Source: Dehalococcoidia bacterium
GTDB lineage: Bacteria > Chloroflexota > Dehalococcoidia > UBA6926
Direction: 5' to 3'
DNA: 64,000 bases
NCBI GenBank assembly: GCA_009841045.1
Contig: VXMO01000028.1
Coordinates: 2,916-66,915, forward strand
This document shows, one piece after another, positions 23,842 through 32,612 of the stretch; within the stretch, counting starts at the first letter, position 1, and every line of letters begins with the position of its first letter. A program made the position numbers and the translations under genes. The notes beneath the pieces were generated by a model. That model was not told the origin of the DNA. It saw only the letters and a list, made by a program, of their open reading frames with translations, and did not search any database.

Positions 23842-24656
23842 TCCCCTTCCTGCTCCGGCCACAGCAGCGCGCCGAGGCCGTATGTTAGTTGTCCGTGCCG
23901 GTTGCCCACCTCACGAATCGCGAGCAGGACACCCGGCATATAGCTTTCTCTATCTATTACATCATGGCGAAGCGTCAGCGTTTCGCCCGGCCCGCCAAGA
24001 AGCACCTGCTGATGCGCCATCAGTCCCGGCAGTCGCACGGAGTGAATAGCGACACCACTGATGTCACCGCCGCGAACATCGTCCACGTTCACCACTCTTG
24101 ACTCCGCATTCGTGAATGCCTTGCCGTCTCGCGCCTCTACCATCGTACGCGCGGTGGCCATTGCTGAGCCGGAGGGCGCATCCGCCTTGCCCGCGTGGTG
24201 CATCTCGATGATCTCTGCGTGGTCAAAATGTCGCCCTGCCTCACGCGCAACGCGCTCCAAGACCACTGCGCCAAGGCTGAAGTTGGGCCCCACCATCACG
24301 CCGATGTTGTGATCATCGGCGATGGCACGCAGTTCTTCGAGAATCTCCGGCGAGAGTCCGCTCGTGCCGGTGACAAAGTCAACCCCGCTCTGAGCGGCAG
24401 CCCTCGCGAGCGGCAGCACGGCGTCGCGCGCCGAAAAGTCCACAACGACATCCGGGCGCTCAGCCGCAAGCATGGACTCAACGGTGTCATGCAAACGGGC
24501 GTCCTCACCCGCTTCGGTTAATGCGATTGCCGTGGAACGACTGGCCGTCCCGACAAGCCGCAAGTCATGAGCGTGCTCGATAGCGTTCAGCAGCACGCGC
24601 CCCATGCGGCCGGTAGCGCCGTGAACGGCGACGGTAATGCTGGGATGCGCTGCCAT
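23838..24656 (-). CDS. dapB: 4-hydroxy-tetrahydrodipicolinate reductase
   Basis: N-terminus VAVHGATGRMGR, 272 aa. Confidence 0.85.
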   Translation of the reverse strand: MAAHPSITVAVHGATGRMGRVLLNAIEHAHDLRLVGTASRSTAIALTEAGEDARLHDTVESMLAAERPDVVVDFSARDAVLPLARAAAQSGVDFVTGTSGLSPEILEELRAIADDHNIGVMVGPNFSLGAVVLERVAREAGRHFDHAEIIEMHHAGKADAPSGSAMATARTMVEARDGKAFTNAESRVVNVDDVRGGDISGVAIHSVRLPGLMAHQQVLLGGPGETLTLRHDVIDRESYMPGVLLAIREVGNRHGQLTYGLGALLWPEQEGE

Positions 24657-24662
24657 GGCTGC

Positions 24663-26948
24663 CTACATACGGCGGCGAGGTGGTCGATCGCCCTCAGGAC
24701 GACGCGGGCGGTCACGATCGCCGTCCGGCCTGCGCCGGGGCGGGCGCCCATTGCCACCGGGCCGTGGGCCGCGGTCACGATCACCAAACCTGCGACCGCC
24801 CCCGTCGCCCCTGCTGTCTCGCTGGTCAAATGGACGACTCGTGTTCACTTCCGCGCCTTCAGGCGGCGTCTCAGCATCCGGATCGATCAGCGCTCGGCGA
24901 GACAGGCGGATACGCCCGGTCGGATCGATGTCCGTCACAAGAACTTCAACCTCATCTCCAACCTTGATAACGTCCTCGACGCTGCCCACACGGTAGTGCG
25001 CCAGCTCTGAGATATGCACCATGCCGTCACGGCCCGGCGCGAGTTCGACGAACGCGCCGAAGTCAGTCGTGCGGACAACCTTGCCCTTGAATTGCTCGCC
25101 GACCTCAATATCCTTGGTCAGCCGCTCAATCATGCCAATAGCCCGGTCCGCGATCTCACCGTCCGCCGCTCCGACGAACACCGTGCCGTCGTTCTCCACG
25201 TCCACGGTCGCGCCCGTCTCCTCAACGATGCTGCGGATGGTCTTGCCACCGGGGCCGATGAGTTGGCCGATGCGTTCCGGGTTGATCTGGATGCGCGTCA
25301 TGCGCGGCGCGAACGGGCTCATCTCCTGTCGCGTTTCGGCAATCGTCTCGCTCATGTGGGCAAGCAGCTCAAGCCGGGCGTCCCTCGCCTGCGCGAGCGC
25401 GCGTTCCATAATCTCATCCGTGATGCCGGTGAGCTTGATATCCATCTGCAGGGCGGTTACGCCCTCTGCGGTGCCCGCCACCTTGAAATCCATGTCGCCA
25501 AGGTGATCCTCAAGGCCCTGTATGTCGGTCAGGACTGCATACGCGCCGGTCTTGTCCGTCACAAGTCCCATCGCGATGCCCGCCACCGGCGCCTTGATCG
25601 GCACGCCGGCGTCCATCAACGAAAGGGTGCTGGAGCAGACACTCGCCATTGAGGTGCTGCCGTTGGAGCCGAGCACGTCGGAAACGAGCCGCAGTGTGTA
25701 CGGGAACTCCATCTCGCCGGGGATGACCGGCAGCAACGCCCGCTCCGCGAGCGCGCCGTGTCCGATCTCTCGGCGGCCGGGCGTGCCCACGCGCCGCGCC
25801 TCTCCCACCGAGTACGGCGGGAAGTTGTAGTGGTGCAGATACCGCTTGGTATCGACAGGGGTGAGTGAATCGATCTTCTGCGCGTCCGCTAGTGGGCCGA
25901 GCGTGGTGACGTTGAGCACCTGCGTCTCGCCTCGCTGGAACAGCGCGGAGCCGTGCGCGCGCGGCAGCACGCCCACCCTGCTGGTCAACGGTCGAATCTG
26001 TGTATGCGTGCGACCGTCCGGGCGCGTGCCACTCAAAATGCAGGAGCGGACGGCGTCCGTGAAGACATCTTCAAAGACACGGCTGAGAAGGGCGGCATCG
26101 TGCTCTCCGGAGAGCCGCTCAAGCGTCTCATCGAGGAGAGCCTGCGTCGTCTCGTTCCGCTCATGCCTGCCCAGTCCGGACGCCGCCTCCAACAGCCGCT
26201 CGCCAACAAGCGACTCAATGGCCTCGCGGACGGCGCTGTTGTCGTCCGGCTCGTCAAGGACGGCCTTGGGCTTGCCGCACAAGGCCTGCAGTTCCTCCTG
26301 CATCTCGATGACGATGCGGTTGGCGTCCTGCCCTGCTTGCAGCGCCTGCCGCAGTACGGACTCATCAACCTCGTTTGCGCCCGCCTCAACCATCACAATG
26401 GCGTTCTGGGAACCGGCAACAACCAGGTCCAGATCACTGGTGTCGCCATCCGCATACGTTGGATTGATGACAATCTCGCCATTGATGTAGCCGACGTGGC
26501 AGCCGCTGACGGGCCCCTCGAATGGCACGTGTGAAATGGTCAGCGCGGCTGACGCGCCGATCACGCCAAGCGTATCGAGGGGATACTCTCGATCCGATGA
26601 AAGCACGGTGAGGATGATCTGCACCTCATTCCGCAGTCCCTTGGGAAACAGCGGACGGATGGTGCGGTCCGTGATGCGCCCGGCAAGGATGGCCTCCGAC
26701 CCCGGCCTTCCCTCCCGTCGGAAGAAACTGCCGGGAATCTTGCCAATGGCGTAATGGCGCTCCTCCATGTCCACGGTGAGGGGGAGGAAATCGATGCCCT
26801 CGCGGGCAGTGGGGGCCATGACGGCCGTGGCGAGGATGATATTGTCGCCATAGCGGACGGTAACCGCTCCGCTTGCCTGTTGGGCGAGTTCGCCCGTCTC
26901 GATGGTGAGTGTGCGTCCTGCGAGCTCTCGCTCGACTTTGTGAATCAT
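24663..26948 (-). CDS. pnp: polyribonucleotide nucleotidyltransferase (PNPase) with a C-terminal Arg/Gly/Asp/Pro-rich extension
   Basis: Two RNase PH domains, then KH and S1. The roughly 60-aa tail is ...RRFGDRDRGPRPGGNGRPPRRRPDGDRDRPRRPEGDRPPRRR. Confidence 0.9.
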   Translation of the reverse strand: MIHKVERELAGRTLTIETGELAQQASGAVTVRYGDNIILATAVMAPTAREGIDFLPLTVDMEERHYAIGKIPGSFFRREGRPGSEAILAGRITDRTIRPLFPKGLRNEVQIILTVLSSDREYPLDTLGVIGASAALTISHVPFEGPVSGCHVGYINGEIVINPTYADGDTSDLDLVVAGSQNAIVMVEAGANEVDESVLRQALQAGQDANRIVIEMQEELQALCGKPKAVLDEPDDNSAVREAIESLVGERLLEAASGLGRHERNETTQALLDETLERLSGEHDAALLSRVFEDVFTDAVRSCILSGTRPDGRTHTQIRPLTSRVGVLPRAHGSALFQRGETQVLNVTTLGPLADAQKIDSLTPVDTKRYLHHYNFPPYSVGEARRVGTPGRREIGHGALAERALLPVIPGEMEFPYTLRLVSDVLGSNGSTSMASVCSSTLSLMDAGVPIKAPVAGIAMGLVTDKTGAYAVLTDIQGLEDHLGDMDFKVAGTAEGVTALQMDIKLTGITDEIMERALAQARDARLELLAHMSETIAETRQEMSPFAPRMTRIQINPERIGQLIGPGGKTIRSIVEETGATVDVENDGTVFVGAADGEIADRAIGMIERLTKDIEVGEQFKGKVVRTTDFGAFVELAPGRDGMVHISELAHYRVGSVEDVIKVGDEVEVLVTDIDPTGRIRLSRRALIDPDAETPPEGAEVNTSRPFDQRDSRGDGGGRRFGDRDRGPRPGGNGRPPRRRPDGDRDRPRRPEGDRPPRRRM

Positions 26949-27001
26949 GCCGTTCTACTCTCCTGCGCTCGCGCGCCGGAGGAAGACGGAGCCGTATCGA
27001 C

Positions 27002-27265
27002 TTATCTACGCAGGCCGAGTGACGCGATGAGGGACTGGTATCGTCCTACGTCTTTTCGGCGGAGGTATCGGAGCAACCTGCGCCGCTGGCCAACGAGCAT
27101 CAGCAGGCCTCTCCTTGTCGCATGGTCGTGGCGGTGGACTTGTAGGTGTCCGGTCAAATCGCTAATTCGTCTGCTCAGGACTGCAACCTGGACCTCAGTG
27201 GAACCGGTATCACTAGGATGTCCCCGATATTCTTCAATGATTTGGGACTTGGTCTGCCGATCCAA
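27002..27265 (-). CDS. rpsO: 30S ribosomal protein S15
   Basis: [56 protein letters not shown] start at 27265 follows GGAGGCAG. The ORF-track N-terminal extension is spurious. Confidence 0.8.
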   Translation of the reverse strand: MDRQTKSQIIEEYRGHPSDTGSTEVQVAVLSRRISDLTGHLQVHRHDHATRRGLLMLVGQRRRLLRYLRRKDVGRYQSLIASLGLRR

Positions 27266-27389
27266 ACTGCCTCCGCCGCGGGCTATCGCCGTTCCTCTGT
27301 TCTTTCTCTTCCTGTTTCCATCCGAGTATAGCAGAACAGATAGAAAACGGACGGGATGGGCACGGCGCGGCCTGCTGATACAGGCACGC

Positions 27390-27448
27390 GCCATCGCAAA
27401 AGGATGGCGAGGGGTCAAGCGCCCGGGGCGGGGAGCCGACCCCTCGCC
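27390..27448 (-). terminator. putative intrinsic terminator downstream of the ZnuA-like gene
   Basis: Inverted repeat GGCGAGGGGTC...GACCCCTCGCC (27406-27448). On the minus-strand transcript it is followed by CCUUUUGC. Confidence 0.4.
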
Positions 27449-27479
27449 TGAGGGGAGGAGACTAAATCAGGGAGTTTGC

Positions 27480-29864
27480 CTAGCCCAAAGCCTCCACAAG
27501 AATCTCAATGTTTCTGCGGAACATGGTCAGGTACGTGTCTGCGCCGCTGCCCGCCGGTCCAAGGGAGCCGGTGAAGAGGGAGTAGAAGCCCGCTCCTGTT
27601 TCGTCGGCAATCGTACGCGCGATCCGTTCAGGGACCGTGTTCTCTCCGAAGACCGCCGGAACCCCCTCGTGCTCGATAATCTCGACGAGCTCAGCAAGCT
27701 GCTCCGCTGATGACTCCGTTTCCGTCGTTCCACTGGGAATCACCGTTCCCACCACTTCAAAGCCGTACAGCAAAGCAAAGTAGCTGTGCGTATCGTGCGA
27801 GGTGACGAGGATGCGGTGGTCGGCAGGGATTGTGGCAACCTGCTGCTCGCTCCACGCGTGGAGCTCTTGCAACTGGGCCACATAGGCCGTGGCGTTAGCG
27901 GTGTAGGTCTCCGCGCCGGCCGGATCCATCATCGCCAGACGAGTGGCGATGTCAATGACCGCGGTCTGGACTCGAATCGGGTCAAACCAGAAGTGAGGAT
28001 CGTGCGTACCGTGGTCATGATCGTGGTGATCATGGTCGTCGTGCTCGTCCTCGTCTTCGTGGTCGTCATCCTCGTCGTGGTCATGCTCATCTTCATGGGC
28101 GTGCTCGTCCTCATGATGGTCATCAACGCCCAATCCGACGAAGGCGATGCTGCGAGGCTGCCCGCCGATGGGCCACGTGCGCTCAATCTCCCCATGTGGA
28201 AGATGGAACTCAATGATCTGGCCGCCAACCCTGTCTGAAAGGTACAGAAACTCGCCAACGACGATGAACGACGGAGAGTTGCTGCCTTCGAATGCCTCTA
28301 CAAGCTCGTAGGTTTCCTCTACTTCGCCGTGCTCCACGTGGATGACGTTCAAGAGCCCATCGTATGTCAGTACGTACAGATGCTCACCATGAGCGTCAAA
28401 AGCCGCGCTGCGCACGGTCTTCTCAGCAGTTGGAGGCAGGACGAGCGACATTTCATCGCCCTCGGCGTCAATCATCCAGAGTCCGCCGTTCAGGCGAGCG
28501 CCGCCTTCCTCACTGTATGAGGCAGAGCCGAAGAAGTACTCGGAATCGTGATGCCCCCACAGAGTGCCAATGCGGGCCGCCGGATTCATGTCGGCCGGGT
28601 TCTCAATGAACGAATGCTCATATTCGCCGAAATGGGCATGAATGAACAACACTCCGCCGGCGCAGCCGAACACCGTGCCATGCGCATTGCTAGCCTCGCC
28701 GTGGAGGGCCGGGCATGCGCGGGACGCCCCGTCAAAGACGACATCGCCGCCCATCGTCCAGACCTCCGCCCCGAGCGGCAAGCTGCTTGTGCCCGAAACA
28801 CTCGGGTAGTCCGGATTGTTGGTCGTCACCAGAACGTTTCCATCCTCCAACACGATGCCTGCGCCGTGCTGCAGACCTGCCTCCAGCCAGGCCGGTTCGT
28901 ACTCGTTGAGCTCTTCTATCAGGTCGTGCTCCTCGAACAGAGCGATTCGACCCGACCCGTCATGGAAGATTGCCGTCCAGCCTGCATGAGGGTTGAAGTG
29001 GATAGGCCGGTTGTCAGTTGTGCCTACGGTCAGCCGCGAAACGGAATCCGTGACCAGGTCGAAGTGATCGCCGTGTTCCTCAAGGTAGATGCCGCCATCA
29101 AAGATGTGGACGCGGTCGTCATTGGCGGCATCATCTCCCGGTCCGCGGGCGAGAGCAAAGGCAAAGCGTCCGCTTGGGCTCGTGTAGAGCGTTGCCGCGG
29201 GCGCCGCCACCTGCAGGCTCCCCTCATCCAACTGTTCCGTTGTGAGGTCCAGGACGGACACGGTGGCGGAGTCTCCGTCCGCGATGAGAAGTCGGCCCGT
29301 GAGGTCCTCATGGCCCATCTCGTCCATGTGATCGTCATGGTCGTCATGCTCATCGTGATGGGCGCCGGTTTCCGCGAATTCAATCGGATTCACAGCTTCA
29401 GCGAGAGCAATGATCTTTGACTCGTCCGTGCTTGCGTTGTGGATGAGCTCCTCAAGCCACTGGCCCTCCAGCTGAAGACCAACGGTAAATACCAGGTCAG
29501 CATCCACAATGTTCGCAACATCTCGCGCGCCGGGCTGGTACGTATGCGGGTCGCCGCCCGGCGGGATGAGGCTCGTCACCTCTACGCGATCTCCGCCGAT
29601 ATTCTTGATCCAGTCGCCGACGATGTTGCTCGTCGCGATCACCTGCAGTGGCTCGTGATCCATCTGGGTATCCCCGGATGATCCGGTCTGCGATGTGTCG
29701 GTCTGCCCCGTGGTGGACGATGTATCAGCGGGTTGTGGTGTCGCTGTAGGATCGTCCTCGCTTTCGCACGCTGCAACGGCCAGGACCATTGCAAGCGCGA
29801 GAGTTAGTAACAAGAGGCCAAATGCTCTCGCTGGAATCAGCCTCCGTACTCCAAATGCCTTCAT
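27480..29864 (-). CDS. ZnuA/AztC-type metal-ABC-transporter substrate-binding lipoprotein with a large (about 390 aa) beta-propeller-like insertion in the His-rich loop
   Basis: Lipobox LAVAAC. N-lobe of cluster-A-I SBPs (IATSNIVGDWIKNIGG...DPHTYQP). His-rich stretch HHDEHDDHDDHMDEMGHED, then the insert with repeated xDGxxL/YVLTYDG-like strand motifs. Second stretch DDHHEDEHAHEDEHDHDEDDDHEDEDEHDDHDHHDHDHGTHDPHFWFDP, then the ZnuA C-lobe (ILVTSHDTHSYFALLYG...). Confidence 0.7.
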   Translation of the reverse strand: MKAFGVRRLIPARAFGLLLLTLALAMVLAVAACESEDDPTATPQPADTSSTTGQTDTSQTGSSGDTQMDHEPLQVIATSNIVGDWIKNIGGDRVEVTSLIPPGGDPHTYQPGARDVANIVDADLVFTVGLQLEGQWLEELIHNASTDESKIIALAEAVNPIEFAETGAHHDEHDDHDDHMDEMGHEDLTGRLLIADGDSATVSVLDLTTEQLDEGSLQVAAPAATLYTSPSGRFAFALARGPGDDAANDDRVHIFDGGIYLEEHGDHFDLVTDSVSRLTVGTTDNRPIHFNPHAGWTAIFHDGSGRIALFEEHDLIEELNEYEPAWLEAGLQHGAGIVLEDGNVLVTTNNPDYPSVSGTSSLPLGAEVWTMGGDVVFDGASRACPALHGEASNAHGTVFGCAGGVLFIHAHFGEYEHSFIENPADMNPAARIGTLWGHHDSEYFFGSASYSEEGGARLNGGLWMIDAEGDEMSLVLPPTAEKTVRSAAFDAHGEHLYVLTYDGLLNVIHVEHGEVEETYELVEAFEGSNSPSFIVVGEFLYLSDRVGGQIIEFHLPHGEIERTWPIGGQPRSIAFVGLGVDDHHEDEHAHEDEHDHDEDDDHEDEDEHDDHDHHDHDHGTHDPHFWFDPIRVQTAVIDIATRLAMMDPAGAETYTANATAYVAQLQELHAWSEQQVATIPADHRILVTSHDTHSYFALLYGFEVVGTVIPSGTTETESSAEQLAELVEIIEHEGVPAVFGENTVPERIARTIADETGAGFYSLFTGSLGPAGSGADTYLTMFRRNIEILVEALG

Positions 29865-30046
29865 TCTGTCTCCCTACCCTCTGTGGGTTGATGCTTGGCG
29901 GCCTCGACTAACCGCATTTGTCTGCCTTCTTTTTGAGATACAGTGTCAGTTTTCTCTTCGATCCACTCCGTCGATGTACGATAGCATCTATCCCGTTTCC
30001 TACTGCGCTTACACGGGGTTAGTCGCCTTTGCAGACAGGTTCATAT

Positions 30047-30059
30047 GATACTGAGTATC
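30047..30059. promoter_or_regulatory. perfect palindrome GATACTGAGTATC in a divergent promoter region (candidate operator)
   Basis: AT-richer 380-bp region between the divergent ZnuA-like and Cache-lipoprotein genes. The palindrome is seen directly, its function is inferred. Confidence 0.2.
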
Positions 30060-30247
30060 ACATTTCTCCAAGCGCCCACGTCACTTCGGAAGCGGAACAA
30101 ACAACGATACCCAAACCCCGAAAGGGGTGTCAATAGTATTGAGATTTGCAGGTGATCACCAGCCTCACAATGAGTCACCTTCGTACAATGGATTGATCGT
30201 GCCAGAGGCGCTCATTCAGCCGACCCGGGACTTGGCGTACAATATCA

Positions 30248-31207
30248 GTGATAATGACATTTGTTGCTCCATTCAATCTATTGAAGTGGCTCATGCAACG
30301 CATTCTTCTCATAGCTCTGCTGATTGCCGTGGTCGTGACCGCCACACTGCTGGCGGCCTGCTCTGACGAATCGTCTGAACCAACGACGGAGGCGGAACCG
30401 GGAGAGGTCGGCGCTCAAGACGGCACAATCACCGTGTCAAAGGACCAACCTCTGGCCTACGCGCAGGCATTGGTCCAGCAAGCGATTGACCGCTACGGCA
30501 CGGATGGACGCCAGGCAACCATCGACTTCTATAACTCCGAGGAAAGCCTCGATGGTGATTGGCATGTGTTCATCCTCGATGAAGCGGGATACATCGCGTC
30601 CATGGCAGCGTTCCCTGCTTGGGTTGGCGTCCATGATTCCGAGTTCAAGGGATACAAGGACTACCCCGCCGGGCAGATGGTGATCGACGGCGCACACGAG
30701 GAAGGCATCCAAATCGATTACCTCGCCAGGGATTTCTTTGGCAACATCGACCTCAATCATCTTTGGGTCGTCAAACACGATGGACTGGTATTTGCCTCGT
30801 CGTCGTGGTCCGGCGAGGAAATATCGAAGTCGGACCAGCCCGGGTACACGCAAGAACAGGTCAGGCTGGCGATAGGGCTCTATGAAGCGTCCGGCCTGCA
30901 GGCGGCACTCGACTACTACAACAGCCCGGACAGCGTTGACGAGCAATGGTACACGTTCATCGTGGACACGGAGACTGGACGCACAATCGGACACTTCAAT
31001 CCTGACCTGCGTGATCGTGACCCAAGTTTACGCGTCGACTCCACCGGATACTTCTACGGGGATGATCTTCTGGGAGCAACGGAGTCCGGCGACTGGATCC
31101 AGTACGTGATCACGAACCCTGACAATGGTGAAGAACAGCTCAAACACACGTGGGCCGTCCTGCACGATGGCTACATCTTCGCCTCCGGCTGGTACGAAGA
31201 CCCGTAG
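30248..31207 (+). CDS. lipoprotein with two tandem sCache_2-like extracytoplasmic sensor domains (no output domain)
   Basis: Signal and lipobox LLAAC (alternative ATG at 30293). Two repeats of about 140 aa with the pattern YxFxxDxxG...G...DxxGY..G..gxWxxYxxxNPxxG...KHxWxxxHDGxIFxSGWYED. Confidence 0.6.
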   Translation: MIMTFVAPFNLLKWLMQRILLIALLIAVVVTATLLAACSDESSEPTTEAEPGEVGAQDGTITVSKDQPLAYAQALVQQAIDRYGTDGRQATIDFYNSEESLDGDWHVFILDEAGYIASMAAFPAWVGVHDSEFKGYKDYPAGQMVIDGAHEEGIQIDYLARDFFGNIDLNHLWVVKHDGLVFASSSWSGEEISKSDQPGYTQEQVRLAIGLYEASGLQAALDYYNSPDSVDEQWYTFIVDTETGRTIGHFNPDLRDRDPSLRVDSTGYFYGDDLLGATESGDWIQYVITNPDNGEEQLKHTWAVLHDGYIFASGWYEDP

Positions 31208-31267
31208 TTGCTAGAATAGTCGTAGATGTACTCCACTTCCCCATCTTCTCCACAAAGGACATGACCG

Positions 31268-32569
31268 ATGACCAATTCTATTGCCGTCTATAACGTCATC
31301 TCCAGGCGGATAGGGCAGGCTGCGCTGCCAATGCTTCTATTCCTCACTTTGGGGATGCTGGCATTGTCGTTCGGCTGCACTGAGCAACAGGCAGACGATC
31401 TGGCGGCTATTGATGCCCCGAGGAGTCAGCCCACCGCGTACACGCAGGCATACGTACAGGCCGCTATCGATTACTACGAGGCCAACGGACTTGATGAAAC
31501 TGTCAACCATTACAACGATCCCGCCAGCGTTGACGGTCAGTGGTACATCTTCATTGCCGATGAGACCGGGCGCCTCATCGTGCACGGCGCGAACCAGGAC
31601 CTGGTTGGCGTGCCCCTGGACGATGTCATTGACGGGAATGGCTACCCATCGGGCCGAATTGTGGCCAATGATGCTGACGAAGGCGGCGCATGGTCGGAGT
31701 ACGTGTTCTTCAATCCCGCCACCGGCCGTTCACAGGCTAAGCATTCGTGGCTGGTCATCCACGATGGCCTTATCTTCGGCTCCGGCTGGTACGAGGACGG
31801 CCCGCGCAAGTCTGAACAGCCGGCTTACACGCAGGAATATGTGCGCCAGGCATTGAACCTGTATGACTCTTTAGGCCGTGAAGCCCTTGTCGACTATTAC
31901 AACAATCCCGTCAGCATTGATGGCCAGTGGTACATGTTCATCACCGATGAAAGCGGACGCCTCATCGTTAATGGCGCGAACCAGGACCTGATTGGCATGC
32001 CCCTTGTTGACGTCGTCGGGGCGAACGGCTACCCGTCTGGTCGGATCGTGGCGGATGACGCGGATGAAGACGGCGAATGGTCCGTGAACACCTTTTTCAA
32101 CCCTGCCACAGGCCGCTCCCAGATCAAGCACCCGTGGCTGGTCAGACATGATGGTCTGATCTTCGCCTCCGGCTGGTACGAGGACGGCCCGCGCAAATCG
32201 GAACAACCGGCGTACACGCAGGCGCTCGTTCAGCAGGCGCTGAATCTCTATGATTCCTCCGGCCTGGACGTGGCGATTGAGTACTATAGCGATCCTGTCA
32301 GCGTGGACGGCCCATGGTATGTCGGCATCATTGATGCTGAGACGGGACGGACAATCGCCCACTTCAACCCCGATGTGCGAGATCGCGACCCTGCTCTACG
32401 CGTCGATTCGACGGGGTACTTCTACGGAGATGACCTGCTTCGTGCAACGGAGGAGGGTCATTGGTTCGAAGTCGTATTCCACAACCCGGCTACCGGCCAA
32501 GAGGAGCGTAAACATTCGTGGGCCGTCCTGCACGACGGCTACATCTTTTCGTCCGGCTGGTACGAATAA
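31268..32569 (+). CDS. lipoprotein with three tandem sCache_2-like domains, paralogue of the preceding gene
   Basis: Signal and lipobox LSFGC. Three repeats each starting PAYTQ...V.QA...Y and ending SGWYEDGPRKSEQ. Confidence 0.6.
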   Translation: MTNSIAVYNVISRRIGQAALPMLLFLTLGMLALSFGCTEQQADDLAAIDAPRSQPTAYTQAYVQAAIDYYEANGLDETVNHYNDPASVDGQWYIFIADETGRLIVHGANQDLVGVPLDDVIDGNGYPSGRIVANDADEGGAWSEYVFFNPATGRSQAKHSWLVIHDGLIFGSGWYEDGPRKSEQPAYTQEYVRQALNLYDSLGREALVDYYNNPVSIDGQWYMFITDESGRLIVNGANQDLIGMPLVDVVGANGYPSGRIVADDADEDGEWSVNTFFNPATGRSQIKHPWLVRHDGLIFASGWYEDGPRKSEQPAYTQALVQQALNLYDSSGLDVAIEYYSDPVSVDGPWYVGIIDAETGRTIAHFNPDVRDRDPALRVDSTGYFYGDDLLRATEEGHWFEVVFHNPATGQEERKHSWAVLHDGYIFSSGWYE

Positions 32570-32612
32570 GAACGGCCCGCTGCCGCCCTGGGAGCGGCGC
32601 CTGCCGAATGGG

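Noticed and set aside
22555-23943. 462-aa + strand ORF
   Set aside because: Antisense to yggS/asd. Arg-rich with no motifs.
27266-27418. Long N-terminal extension of rpsO in the ORF track
   Set aside because: S15 is about 89 aa. Conserved S15 sequence begins at the TTG at 27265, which has a good RBS. The extension has no homology and overlaps the upstream terminator hairpin.
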